Below are positions 24,161-37,883 of a stretch of DNA of 64,000 nt, one piece after another; positions within the stretch are counted from its first letter, which is position 1, and each line of letters starts with the position of its first letter. Source of the DNA: Syncephalis fuscata S228 (lineage: Eukaryota; Fungi; Zoopagomycota); assembly GCA_025786725.1 (NCBI GenBank), contig JAHLTZ010000028.1:248001-312000 (forward strand). The letters run 5' to 3'. Under the pieces are notes generated by a model, which was not told where the DNA came from, made no database searches, and saw only the letters and a program-made list of their open reading frames with translations. The position numbers and the translations under genes are program-made.

Positions 24161-26266
24161 TTACAAAGCCATCAAGGCACTACGACGTCGACGGGTGGCA
24201 GGCAGTAGGGACAAACTGACCAAAGCGGCTGCAAACAGTCCTACAGTAATCCCCAAAGCCGTCATAATCATATTAATGGCAAATTGCAAACCGTCGTTTT
24301 GGCTCTGTCTAAAGAAAGCCAGCATTCCGCGTACCCCCAAACTGCCTGGCACGAGTAGCAGAATTGCCGGAAGAACAGGAACAGCCGCCGGTTCTCCCGT
24401 ACAGGCTGCATAGATATTGCCTACCATGCCGATAACAAACGATGTAATGGCAGGTGCTGCAATCATCGATTTTACATGAATATTAACGAAATAAAACGTG
24501 GTAAAACCGCATGCTAGCGTTAGCGTCATAATGGGCCATTGCCGCGGAGCAGCTTGCAAATGAATGTTAAATGAGACGGCCATGGCCGGCATTAAGAGGA
24601 AAAACCACCAAGGAGATACAGATTCGCATTTGGGCTGAGTGGACACGTCAAAGTCATCGAATATTTGCCACAGCTCAACACCAAGCAATATACCATAACC
24701 AATAAGAATGGAGATTGTTAATGCGTAAAAGAGTCGAATGGCACCCGATGATATATTACGCGAGGCAAGCTCCATTACAGACGTGGTGAGCATTAGACCA
24801 GGCAGAATGATGATGACGGCCGATAGCGCCACCGACCAGAAACATACGTATTTGTGAAGCGCAGCAGCAATAAATGAAACAACAACGCTAGCCGAAACCT
24901 CAAACAAGTCAGAGTACGCGCGCAGTCGACGAGACATTAGCGTCATTATACCAACAATCACGCCTAAAACGCCCGAAACTGCAGCATCGACCCAGCCGCC
25001 GCCAAATGCTAATGGTACGCCGGCAAATGAACTGATGAAGTAGGCCGATAATTCAGCCCACCACGGCCACCGATCCGGCATGTGGAGCAGATCGTCGAGC
25101 TGATCTACTGCCTCATCAAGTGGTAGCTTTCCTTGGTCTACTGCACGCGATAAATGCACCGAGTCGGCTAATTTGGCCATATTATAGCCATTTGAGCAGT
25201 GCAAGATATGCGTTTCACTAGTACGAGTCACTGGATCGCCAAATCGAATAAGCACGACGCCGGGCTGCGTGAAGAATGCCGCATCAAGTCCCAGCTTACT
25301 TCCCGCTCGATTCATTTGGTGATCGAGACGATGTGAAGGTGCGCCAAAACGTAGCATTGCTTCACATAGCATCATTAGATAATCTTGTTTTAATAAAATC
25401 TGAGCAATTTCGCCAGCAATCTGCAGCTGATCAGGCAATGGTACAAAGTCTTGGCCTGCTCCAAGTGATTGCTGCCCAACTGTACCTGGTGAGTGTGTGC
25501 GGAGCGGTATAGGCTGTGGCTGGCTACTCATATAGTTTGGCTCTTGGTATTTCCATGGTTGAGGCACTGCAGTGGTGTAACTAGACGGCGGCACTGGTAC
25601 TGTGCTATGTAAGTCGTCAACACTCGTACGACGACTAACAGGTGCTGACGATACTGCCTGCAGTAGAAGCGCATTGAGTGTTGTAGGATTAACACCGCCC
25701 TGATGCCGATCGGCACGAGCACGATGGTTGCGAACATGACGATGGCGTAATCGCTGCAGCTCTAAAAGATTACCCAATACACTGCCATGCATCTGCGAGT
25801 AGGGACTACGCGACGAAAATGCGTTTACCATCGTTAGCGCCTCGTCGCCATGGCCACGTCCGTCGAGTAAAGCAGATGCAACACCATTCATTTGATTATC
25901 CGCAACGCCTGCTTGTTCACCCGGGGCTGGTTGTGACGCCATTAATGATATGTCGGTAGGACCGTTGATCTGTGCAGCTGTAATATTTGCATTTCGTAGA
26001 TTAGATTGTGGGTGGTAATGCCGCGCGTCGTTAATTAATATCTCGGGTCGGGTTATCTCTCCCATGGTGATAACGGTATCGCTGTTTGCTCGTCCAACGG
26101 TACCTAGCAAATTGGGCCGAGAAGACATTGATGGTGGTGGTGCAGGTGGCGGTGCCGCCGACCCTCTACTATCCGGCACTTGGTATGTATTTGTCGGCTG
26201 TGTTGACTGAGGCGTTGACGAAGCCTCTGTATCGCCCTCAAGCCTATCCCTTTGATGAAAGGACAT
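24161..26266 (-). CDS. PRM10: ThrE-family (threonine/serine exporter; PRM10-like) membrane protein, intronless, 701 aa
   Basis: LCEAMLRFGAPSHRLD, FGDPVTRTSETH, IILPGLMLTTSVMELASRNISSGAIRL, LLLVPGSLGVRG, and about 10 TMs. Confidence 0.9.
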   Translation of the reverse strand: MSFHQRDRLEGDTEASSTPQSTQPTNTYQVPDSRGSAAPPPAPPPSMSSRPNLLGTVGRANSDTVITMGEITRPEILINDARHYHPQSNLRNANITAAQINGPTDISLMASQPAPGEQAGVADNQMNGVASALLDGRGHGDEALTMVNAFSSRSPYSQMHGSVLGNLLELQRLRHRHVRNHRARADRHQGGVNPTTLNALLLQAVSSAPVSRRTSVDDLHSTVPVPPSSYTTAVPQPWKYQEPNYMSSQPQPIPLRTHSPGTVGQQSLGAGQDFVPLPDQLQIAGEIAQILLKQDYLMMLCEAMLRFGAPSHRLDHQMNRAGSKLGLDAAFFTQPGVVLIRFGDPVTRTSETHILHCSNGYNMAKLADSVHLSRAVDQGKLPLDEAVDQLDDLLHMPDRWPWWAELSAYFISSFAGVPLAFGGGWVDAAVSGVLGVIVGIMTLMSRRLRAYSDLFEVSASVVVSFIAAALHKYVCFWSVALSAVIIILPGLMLTTSVMELASRNISSGAIRLFYALTISILIGYGILLGVELWQIFDDFDVSTQPKCESVSPWWFFLLMPAMAVSFNIHLQAAPRQWPIMTLTLACGFTTFYFVNIHVKSMIAAPAITSFVIGMVGNIYAACTGEPAAVPVLPAILLLVPGSLGVRGMLAFFRQSQNDGLQFAINMIMTALGITVGLFAAALVSLSLLPATRRRRSALMAL

Positions 26267-28529
26267 GTTATTTTAAAGTATACTAATAGAACTGATAAAA
26301 CTAGGTAATTAATCAAAAACCACAAGACGCTTGTGTAACAGTATTGAAAGATAAAAAAGTGTAATGAGAACCTGGAACTACGCTGATATAAATAAGCACT
26401 GGTGCGCCCAGTCACCGTCGCCGCTAAAAGCGCCGTGGTGCTGATATAAGCGTTGCGAAGGAGAAAACGATGTTAGGATGGCACCGATGTTAGAGTAACA
26501 GAATGGAGTCGGGACGGAGGCGGTTCTCTTTTATACTGTATCAATGTGGGCAAGGTGCGGCATCGAATGCAACACCGATTGCTAAAAATAATCGTATCAA
26601 ATCCACGCGGCAACCAAATACGCACAAACAATCAGCCTGCACAATTTAATCCACTTAAAACAAGCAGAAAACGGGAACGTGCATATCTAAACGCTGCTGC
26701 ACAGTATCTTAAAGGTTTGCAGATCATTGCAGCCCATGTTACACTGTATAAAATGACAGTGTTACAACTGCAAGAAACATCGGACCTCATAGTAGGCACG
26801 GCATTCGAACATTATTAGTCAAAAGATTTGATCTTGATTAGATCAATGTAGCATGTGGATGAAAAATGCGTTTTATTTTTACACACAATAAATTACCAGT
26901 TTTAATATCCAAAACAAGTTATTGTTTTAATTGATTGTCTGAATAGGGACAATAGGACAAAAGCGGCTGTGCTTGCTATTCCTGCTCAGGCGATTCATTC
27001 ACGTTTGGTGTTCACTATAGTCTTGGGCGATAAAGAAAACAAAAGCTATCAGCAACAACAGAAGCAATGCGTTATCAGCATATACACCAAGGAGTAATCT
27101 CGTGTTTTGTATTCAATTTATTTCATCATTGTGTTTTATCTTGGATAGAACGATGTCTGATACATGTTTAGCAGCTAATGCACTGCAATCTGACATTTTA
27201 CTACAAAGTTTATGGCTGCGTTTAGTGTGTGTTTTATGCTATAATCTGCTTGTTAATTAAGGGAGGGATGATCTAATATATTAGTCATAGCTAAAACACA
27301 AACCGAAACGACGGATACAGCTTCAACTTGTCATAGACCAGTCTACATGGTAACTGCAGTGAAACCGCCGAACAATTGGCTGATAACAATGATACCTGCC
27401 CAGCCATACCTCAACGGTATGAAATCTTCTTGTTAGCTGATATTGTTTATTTAATCAGATTTTAGGCAACTAATTTGAATTGTTCTTGCAGCTATTAATA
27501 TAACAACAACGAAACCCAAGCAGATCGCATCATTTTTCTCTTTTCTTTCTCATAGCACGCGTTTATAGCTGCTTTTTAATTTTTCTCACGCAATGAATAT
27601 TAATTTATTTTTCGGCATACGAAATGGCTTGTCCACTTTGAGCTGTTTTTGCAAAAATCAAATGTATTCATTTGCTTCATTAGTTGTAATTAAACATTTT
27701 TGGATCCATACTAGTGATTGGTTTGTATCTATTTTTATACAGGCTTATAGATTCACACTAGCTATGCTTAATATTTATCAAATTATCGTACACCCCTGCA
27801 TGATGAGCAGAATACAAAAGAATGAACGATGCCGAAACAAATGAGATACCATTTGCACTACCTTGGATTAAATAACTGCTATTGCTGTATTTTTATTTTG
27901 AATGTGCTGGTAGGTATATTTTGGTCATCTATAAAAAAGAAATGTATTTATTTACAAACAGCAATGATATATACAACAAACTGAATTTCTGAAAACCTTT
28001 GCATTCATTTAGCAATTATTAAAACGCTTACCAGCATAATCCAATGCTTTTTTAATAGCATTACGCATAATAGCTGTATTGATAGAAAAGTTTTATTTTA
28101 CTTTACCAGAACTTGGAAATAAATGGATAGGTTAAAACCACCAACAAATCTAATTCAAAATGGACAATTTTGAAAAATTAATTTTACTAAATGGCATACT
28201 GATATATAGTAGTAGAGGTATACAATGCTAATAATAATTCATAGTTTGATAATCTAATCGTTAAGATCACGCACTGTTAAGCTTAATATTAATGGAAAGA
28301 ATATCTAGCTCAAATGTGCAAACACTATTAAATTTAATATTACCTTATTTGGTGATTATATTTTCCCACATTATTGCAGCTATTATTCTTATTGTAGTGC
28401 TATAGTTCATTGTATAAATTAGAAATCATTATTATTGCGACTATGTGGTATTGGGCATTTTTATTATATAAATTAGTGATATTAGCTGTTTGCAATTAAC
28501 GTTTTTATTTACAACATATATACATCGTA

Positions 28530-30544
28530 TAATCTATTTTTTGCGTTAATTCGACCAGCAATAGTATCTGATACATAATATTTTAATGAATTCTCTTCCC
28601 CATCGTCGTCTAAATCCTGCAAATTTGTTATTTTAATAAAACCTATAGACTTGTTTTTGTTATTGACTACGGTTTACTCTGTAGTAAGACGTTTTAAGGA
28701 AATGCAGTAATAGCCTAAGTGCGTATTAACAAACCAGTTTTTTATATTCTCCGTTAAGCATTGCGCGTATTAATTCAAAAAAGAAATATAAGATGAATTG
28801 AATGAGGTAAATAATTAAATGCACTACATTTCCATTTCGAACATTTAAAACGTCAAATTATCTATTGTTTTGGATGGCAATCAGCCCTTCGATGCGTGGT
28901 TTTGTAATATTAATGCTACTTATATTGCGCCTTCATAATACACGCACCTGTTCGGAACTATGAATTGAAGATGGTTGATTGTATTTATACCGCTGAATGG
29001 TGATTGTGATGAAGTTTTTGATAAATAATTACTTAATGCAAACAACGAAAGTATGATGCTGAATGTTTGATTGCAGCTCGTATATCGTATTCTTTTTCAT
29101 TATGTGCAATAATTAAACGTGTTTTACTTATATACATATCGGCCTTAACCACAGTGTCTGAGTAGTATGGAATGATGATTTGCTCTGATAGCATCTTTTC
29201 ACATTGATATTGGCCTTTTTAAATGTCAAGTAACCCTCATTCAATGCTCGTTGCTTGATTGCCACCGCTAATAGTTTGTGAATCTTGGTAATGTTAGATG
29301 CAAAAGCAGTTTTACATTCTACAGAACCTTGTATTATTTCCCATGTTATCAATTGACATTTGTTACGAGAAGCAAATCGAATACAAGCAGACAAGCTATT
29401 TTTGCACAATCTTAGTCCTTCTATCCATTGGTCTACATTCAAGGCTAATAAAGAACACATTTGGTATGACTCCTGCGTATAATAAGAACTCAAAAGTATC
29501 CAATTGTTATAAACTCCAATAATATGGTGCCTCATTAATTATCACTTGCTTCCCTTCTTAAAATAAACAATATTAGGAGACAATTGCCAATAACATGCTA
29601 TATCTCAATGGCCTTTCACCACTGAATTCTTGACGCAATTAAAGGCGCGGAGTTTGAGAAAACTTCATAATGCCCATCTGCAACTGCAACAATCTCAAAT
29701 TTGTCTTTATTAATATGCTGCGCTTTCAGTTCTTCCGTATTTACTATTTTAATAGTATTAGTAAATAATTGCTACAACCACTAGTATTACTCATTACTAC
29801 CTATGTATTAGATCATCAATGAGCACAAATTTTACACAATTGTACGTAATAACTCGAAGACGGGCTACAACAAATCGGTGGGCTCCATAGATAGAGTAGA
29901 TTCAAGTTTACCATAAATAAAAAATGCGGTAAAGAAGTGTTTAACTTGTTTCAAATCGATTTATTACTGCTATGTTTATTTATCTTGCTAAAAACATTAT
30001 GTTGAATTGCCCATAATTTTGAATCGTATTTGTTTTTCACCAATACGTAACAAGGATCAACTTCAACCAATTTCAGCTCAGCGCTTTTATCACTGGCAAT
30101 TGGCACGCTTACTTTTTAAAATTGAGCTGCCATAGAATTAAGATCAGTCTATTGTCATCGGTGATAATCATAAAACCATTGAATGCTAGCAAAATCAGAG
30201 AATAGTGGTGAAGGATTATTAAGTGATGTACGCTTACTATCATTGCTATCGATATTTGTAATGGTATATGATAATAAATGCGTTTGTTTGCTTTGATTTA
30301 CATTGAACGTAAATTATCTTGATTTTCTGTAGCATTGATGTGCCAATTATACCGTGTAAGCCATTCACACTCACGCCAATCATATAGACAAAACTCTTTT
30401 ATATACTGCTGTTTCCAATAACCAGGTTGATCAATTATTGTTTAGTGGATAGATTAAAAACTAATAGTAAAAGCACTAGCTCTTTTCTTCAGTAAATCGA
30501 CACAAATACAGTAAAATGTCTCGATTTGCCATACACGTTGACAT
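28530..30544 (-). pseudogene. Degraded F-box-like protein gene (stops and frameshifts)
   Basis: ATG 30544 gives MSTCMANRDILLYLCRF..., then YWKQQYIKEFCLYDWRECEWLTRY, paralogous to the ORF at 31526. Further broken frames include 29128-29535. The 3' end is approximate. Confidence 0.6.
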
Positions 30545-31130
30545 TAGCACTCAAAGACACGGCTAACTAGAAATAATTGCACTAGTATTACTGTGTAATA
30601 GACAGAGTGGGCAAGAATATACTTAATTAGAAGAATAAGATTCTTGCATGGCCATAAATTAATTTATTCTATTCATGGCACAATAATTGCATGAACACGA
30701 ATGTCTATTGAAATTCAATGGATATTGCTATTATTTTACAAAAATGTGTAATTTAACCTATATAAAACGCAATGAGTTGTTAATAGAATACAAGGAAAAC
30801 CTATATATTATTTAATAAATACTTAATGTTTACGAAACTAGTCGATTAATTGGTGATTTAATAAATAGTAAAGATTATAATTCAATTCAGTAACAATACA
30901 TAATAAATCATAATGATACTATAAAAATACAATAACAGTTATAGGCATATGTAAATACGCAAAATATGAGTTAAAAGAACTTAGATACTATTTACAGATA
31001 ATAGAAGTAATCGGATACATTATGTTCTTTGCGTAATAAAAAGGCGCTTAGAATATGCTAAAAAGTGTGTAGATCTGACTATTGAGCGTGAAAAGTTTAA
31101 TAATTTATAATTACCAAATATAGTAATATC

Positions 31131-31323
31131 ACAAACAAGCAAGAACAATGCCACTACAATATGCAGTCTATTGACAAACAAAAAGAACAATGCCACTACA
31201 ATATGCAGTCTATTGACAAACAAGAAAGAACAATGCCACTACAATATGCAGTCTATTGACAAACAAGAAAGAACAATGCCACTACAATATGCAGTCTATT
31301 GACAAACAAGAAAGAGCAATGAC
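31131..31323. repeat. Tandem minisatellite, 43-bp unit, about 4.5 copies
   Basis: ACAAACAAGAAAGAACAATGCCACTACAATATGCAGTCTATTG repeated head to tail without spacers. Confidence 0.95.
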
Positions 31324-31525
31324 ATACTATTTATAGATAAATCAGAACAATATTCACAAAGCTTCAATATGCATACGCAATTACGTTGCCATCATACTAT
31401 AAATAAATTAAATTACTTTGCAGTTATCCAAATCTTTACACTCCCAATTATTCAAATATCTATATCCACTGCTATTGCTTTATTTGTTCATCGAATAACA
31501 AATTTTTTAAATCATTTTACTTAAA

Positions 31526-31960
31526 ATGTCATCCAACACCAACAATAATATTGGGCGCATTTTTGAAAGCCCCGATATTATATTGGAGCTATGTAACCAT
31601 ATGGATGAGCTACAAATTGTGGCGTTTGCAAGAACTTGTAGAACAGTTTATCAAACGATATCTGTCTATTCTAGTCCCTGGAAACAAAAGTACGTGGATA
31701 ACTTTTGTTTGGGAGATCCACGTGAACAAGAGTGGATGAGATGGTTTATATGTTGTATAAATTTTACAACAAAATCAGGTAGGTGATATTATTAACATTA
31801 ATTACTATAACAAATATGTACTAATAACATTGATAATAGTGAACTTGGACAGTGATGCAGGGGCCAATCTTGGTGTAGAGAATTACCATTAGATGGGATC
31901 GCCATTCGACATTATAAATTACAATCAACTAGCATTAATTGGCTGCAATCTATAACGTCG
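31526..31960 (+). pseudogene. Truncated F-box-like gene (N-terminal part only)
   Basis: PDIILELCNHMDELQIVAFARTCR (F-box-like) followed by PWKQKYVDNFCLGDPREQEWMRWF. A donor lies near 31779, and no credible continuation is visible. Confidence 0.55.
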
Positions 31961-32204
31961 AATAACAATTCCATTTGAAATACAAATAAAGTTTTCATTT
32001 AATATTTATTTATTTTATTTAGTTGTCTTATTTATTTTTATTATTGCTATTAAATAAAACATTAATAATTCAATATGATTTAAGAATAAAATAATTTTAT
32101 CTAATAGCATTCGGATTCGGATTTATTAGCTTGAGTGAGACAACGGTTCATAGGACTTAACCGCGCATTTGCAGCATTTTGCCTGCCACCCCAATTTTAT
32201 TTAA

Positions 32205-33225
32205 TAGCATTCGTTCTATTAAGCATAGAACTAAATAATAAATGACATCAAAGTTAAAAATACTCATCATTATAAATTATTATCCAGTATGCATATATAT
32301 TTTACTCACCTATATCATTCACATTGTATACTTATACTACTATACATCATTTTATGATACACTAAATACATTTTATTTATTATTGATTTAAGCATACTTC
32401 ACGTATTAATTCATATGCTCTATTATACATTAATTTATTTTGCATAACTTTAATTTACTCAAAGCAACTATTACTTTGTTTCTAACTCAAGTGTTAATAA
32501 ATTTTAATTCATCTTATTTAATCATTTATTTAGCATGCACATTATGCCTTTAAGGCTGCTAACTGTACGTCTCCTATCTTATATTTATCTTAATACATAT
32601 CATTCATTACATAATGGCTACACACTATTTAAACATGGTGTCCGCTTAATGTTGACTTTATTGGCTATAAATTTCAACTCGTCTTATTTAATTTATTGAT
32701 TAAACTGTGCACGCTATAATCTCAACATCGCTTCCATACATATCGCATTACATGATTACTCTACTGGATATAGTTATATTGTCTATAGGCTACGTTCTGT
32801 TAATAGAATTTGTTTATTTATTGTTTCCAAAACCATTCTGCTTTGTGCCTGTAGGTTAAACTAGGATAAAAAAATCCATAACTTGGTAACAAACCATCAA
32901 CCAATTTTTAATACTAAGGATTGTTATTTGTTAAGGCGGTGCCATAACAGCTTTATTTGAATTAGTTGATGAGCCAGTCTGCACTGTTTTTAATATTCAG
33001 TATCAGTGTTAATAAATGCTAAATAGTATTTCATGTTACTTACAATAAAGTAGTATAAATGAATACATGATAGTAAAAAATTATTATTATTCATATTATT
33101 GTTGCTGTAGGGTATTTAAAGCATTATAATTTAATATTTAATGTCACGCATTGTCCATTATCATGTTTAATAAATTGAATTTTATTAAATTTAGTCATTT
33201 TAATCATAAATCACACTAAATGGCT
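32205..33225. mobile_element. Repeat family A, second and more decayed fold-back copy
   Basis: The left arm GCATTCGTTCTATTAA...ATACTCATCATT...ATCCAGTATGCATATA matches the 5250-5380 and 6040-6170 arms. The right arm ...TAGTCATTTT...AAATCACACTAAATG is the reverse complement of ~5198-5230. Confidence 0.55.
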
Positions 33226-33460
33226 AATAAATTTAATTAAATTGTATAATAATGTTAAATAGCGCACAATATTTTATATGGTGGTGTCATTTTATTTAAT
33301 TCAATTAACAAGTATTAAAATTAAAAGTTAAAAAATGAAATGGTACATAGTATGTATGCATTAGTGCTACAACGCTAGCACAATCAAACAGAACAACCAA
33401 CTAAATAATCACCAATATCATTGCTAAAATAGCTAACGTGATTGTAATCCATTGTAATAT

Positions 33461-33560
33461 GTTAATATTCAATCAATCCTTTTATACATGACTAACAACA
33501 ACAATGATCGACCTCAAGTGTTCCAAAAAAATCAAATAATACGCTACATTTTTTATTGAA
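33461..33560 (+). mobile_element. Fanzor/TnpB extreme C-terminal fragment
   Basis: Translates VNIQSILLYMTNNNNDRPQVFQKNQ. The DNA aligns with the minus strand of 62360-62460. Confidence 0.6.
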
Positions 33561-33969
33561 ATCAATTTATTGACACCATTTTAATATGAAATAATATAAT
33601 TATGTTACGTATAACAACGGCATGACTTCAATTATAACAGATTTTGCTTTAAGGATTCAAAATATAAATGCATAAAGTAAATGTCAGCCCGATTTATTAA
33701 TAAAACTATATTTTTTGTAAAATTGAACTTGACTCACTCTGCCATATACACGTATTATACATTTATCATTAATACCCACGCACTTTTATAAATTATTCAT
33801 TTGGATTTATATCATTTTATGTTTTAACAAAGTAAGAAGAGAAAGATGCTAGAGGTATAGCTGTAAGTCATATCTCCAGTATCCATAGGAAATTAGAGTC
33901 AAGGGAGCATCGAATCGAGAACACGCAGTCTACATTGAACCGAGTCTCCAGTCACAATCACATCACGAC

Positions 33970-36900
33970 TTAAGCTTTCGTAATAAAAACGGAAAATTGT
34001 TGCATTTCTGGCTTTCGTCCGGCGGGAACAGAAGCCATCTGGTTGGCATTCGGTACAGCTGCCCATACTTCAAGCGCATTAAGTCCAGAAACCAGCTGAA
34101 TTGGATAATTGAAAAGCTTCGATACAGCTGGTTTACCCATGTTATTAGTATTAGTTGGTAAGGTAGGGGACAGTGGCGTAGTTGTATTAGAACGATCTGT
34201 CTTTAGTCCATTCGACGTAGCCGTAACCGTTGATACGTTAGGCGCAATAGGACGAGCATTCTGGTAGACAAAGACAGTTGGGCCTAAGCCACGTCGTTGC
34301 AGCAACTCAGTAGGTCGTGGCCGCAGTGTAATTTTCTGTACCGACTCTTGCACATGAATACTATGTGCACCTTGTCGTGGATCCAATCGATAATACAATT
34401 GCTGATCGTCTGTCTCCAGTGTAATCTCTGTTAAAAATGGTGTACCTTTTAAAGCAAATAAATAAATATAACCATATGTATACTGTAATAGCAATAGTAT
34501 TTACCTGGAGGAAGTGGTGGGCCTGTATGAATAGGTGATAGTGGCGTTGAAGGTTCAGAAAATGATTCATCCATACCATTGTTAGCGCCATCTTCTTCGG
34601 CCATGCCATCATCGATATGATTCAATGCACGGGAACCACTTAGATCGGTACCCGATAGGTTGGCTAGTAGTGCGCTGTTCTGTACAGCAGCATTCGATCC
34701 ACCATTCAATGCAAATGCATTAGGATCCAATAGGCCAGCACTGGCACCACCCACGCCATTAGCTGATGCCCCTGCACCCATACTAGACAGCAAGCCTGGT
34801 ACACCAAGCATCATATTACCCGGTGCAATCTGGTTATATACATTCAGAGCGGCATTGCTATGAGCATGATTTGCCTGGGTAGGTGACATGATCATAGATT
34901 GATTGGCACCATACATGCCATCACCACCCAAATACGGTAAAGTAATGCCAGCTGTGGTGGGTGTATCAACTGTATCGGCCTCGTCTTCATCCGACAATAA
35001 TCCACCATTCTGTAGATTACGCTGCTGCTGACTACTTAAAATGGGCACCATTGTGTGTTCATCGACCAGTGTAAACTTTTGCAAACGAACTGGTTCTGGT
35101 CGTCGTGTCATACGTATCTTGCGATAATTCTCAACACCAATCGATCGTTGCCAGTCGCTAATATACGGGAAGGGACGAGTAGCCCGTTCAGAGTAGCGAT
35201 TATTGCATACATACACATCCTCTTCAGCAAAATCAGTCGGATAGCCTTAATAGTATATTTAGTTAATTATTTCTACTAGATCAGCCTCTTAGTGCACCAT
35301 CACTTACTATGATAATAGTCACGCATTGGAATGACCAAACATTTACCACGAAGATCGCTGGCACTAAAGTCACGGCTCAATAGTGTTTTGTATACCTCAC
35401 GGACTACTACTTTACGGCCATAAGCAGCCGGTACCTATTTATAATAGCAATAATTAGAAACACAAAAAACTAATAAACAAATTGCCACCACTTACTTTGT
35501 TAGGCCGAATAAACAATCGTCCAATCATTAGTGGCTCTTTTCTATAATCATAATATTAGATCGTGTGCATTATCAATGCAACACTTACTCGGCGTGTAAA
35601 TAAATACGATCCACAATCATAATATCACGTTGATCATGAACGTACACAAATTCGCCTAATAGTTTATATTAATAATTAAATTAAATTAAATTGCTTATTA
35701 TTTACTTACCCAAAGAATACACTTTGCCCTCAAATTCAATCGATTTACCCGTATGTCGACCCGTCTATTCGTATTTCATTGATACAGCTATTATACAATA
35801 CAATTATTCTACTTACCAGATCAAGTTTAATGCGTGGATCTATACCGGCCGGTGTTTCTGTACAGTTTTCATACTTGGTAATAATAGCCACGATATTCTT
35901 TTTCATCAGTTCCTAATAAACAGCATTATTGTATTAGTTATTAAACATTTATATTAATCAACATGATTACCTTTAGAAACAATGCATCTTTATACTCTTG
36001 CGCAGATTCATTAAAGTACATAAGTGCATTGTCAAGAACTCGCATACATTCACGTTCATAACGCTCAAATGAATCATAGCCACGCTTAATACGATTCTAC
36101 ATCATTATTATAAATACTAACACCATAAATATCATCCATTACACTCATCTACTTACTTCAATCTTGGTAAAACAAGCTAAACGGCGCACTTTGCGTTGGA
36201 ATCCAGGATATTTTTCTTCTGATGGCAAATCAATAAATGGCTCAGCCAAACGACGGCCTCTATTAATAATATAATAGATTAGTATAATATCCCTATTATA
36301 GCAGTAACATACGTTTCATCCCGATACTCGGTAATACTGTACAATATTTCACGCAGTAAACGGGCACTTTTAGGTCGCTTTGGATTAGGTGTACCTGTAT
36401 TGCTTTCCATAGGCATTGGAACAGCTGACTTGTTGGGTGTATTCATGATACTATCGTCCTCATCCATCATATCATTTGATGCATTGCTGCTATTTAATCC
36501 ACTTTTTTTAGATTTAATATGAATTCTTGGTGGTCGCTTTCCATTAACATATTCATCTTCATCGCCGATATCCATCTCATCGATATCTTCTTCCTCTTCC
36601 TCTTCTTCTTCCTCTTCTTCCTCTTCTCCCATGTAATCTTCTTCATCACTTTCATTGCCTGAACCAAACTCGCTTTTACTTTGTCGGCGATGGCGTTTCT
36701 CTCCAATCTGAGTATCATCAGCCATATCTGTATATACTATTAGCAACAGTATAGCAAATAATAAACAGCATATCATTACCATACTCAGTACCAGATCCTA
36801 GTGAATGTTTAGGTGGACGGCCACGTCGCTTCACCTTATCTTGTTTTGCCTATCAACAAATTAATATTTATTCATTACATTGGCCATACGTTTAACTACT

Positions 36901-37849
36901 TACTGAAGTCAATAGATTAAACCATGCATCATCTTCTGGTTCTGATACCAAGTCATATGGGATTTGACCGTGCATATTTTTGGTATGAATACTTGCATGA
37001 TGCTTGTCCACCAGTCGACGAACTGTATCAACATGGCCTGAATATATATATATATCAGTATAACAACTTTACAAACTATCAAGCCAATTAACTTACCAGC
37101 AAATGCTGCCCAAGCCAGCGGAGTACCACGATGCCAAGTATCTCGCATTTCAACATTGGCACCACGTTCTACAAGCGCATCTATTACTTTGATATTTCCC
37201 TGATATGCTGCACAGTGTAGTGCACCCCATGTAAATTCATCGCCAAACATTTCAGCTTTGCCAAGTTGATTTGGATTAAATCCTGGTTGTTGAATCATTT
37301 CCAATGCAGTTTGAGTATCATTCTGTGTAATAGCATCCAATAATTCGTGGTAGTCTATACAGTGAATTAATAAGTATTTTATCTAATCAAATTGACCAAT
37401 ACCCACTGCTATCACCTAAATCTACCGGCTCTTCATCAATATCCGTCGTATCATCGAATAAATAACCTTCCAAGAACGAGTTTACTAATTTCTATAAAAC
37501 AGTTAGTTTATCGTCATTGCTGTATTCCAAAATAGTTACCTGTAATGCAAGTGCATCCGAGTAGATTTGAGATCCGCGTACGTTATAAGTTTTGGCATTG
37601 ATGAACATTTGTTCTAAATCAGCATGAAATGCTTCGATGGACGAATATCCTTTCGCATCGATTGTATTCTAATCATTATTAAAAGCTGCACAATTACTTA
37701 TTTATTAATTATCTTACCTTAATAGTATCCAATGCTATTGGATGCGTAATTACTTCATAATAGTCTGGATAATCTATTTTAGATGGCAAAAACTCGAATA
37801 GCTCTGCAAGTTCGCGACCACTATTTACACATTATTATTCTACAATCAA

Positions 37850-37883
<34 letters not shown>

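Noticed and set aside
24195-26415. Antisense and alternative-frame ORFs over the ThrE gene (similar ones lie over RRP42, the kinases, HSDL2 and LIN1)
   Set aside because: Shadow ORFs of real coding regions with no independent motifs.
31131-31323. 43-bp array as a CRISPR array
   Set aside because: Units are contiguous without unique spacers, the context is eukaryotic, and no cas genes are present.
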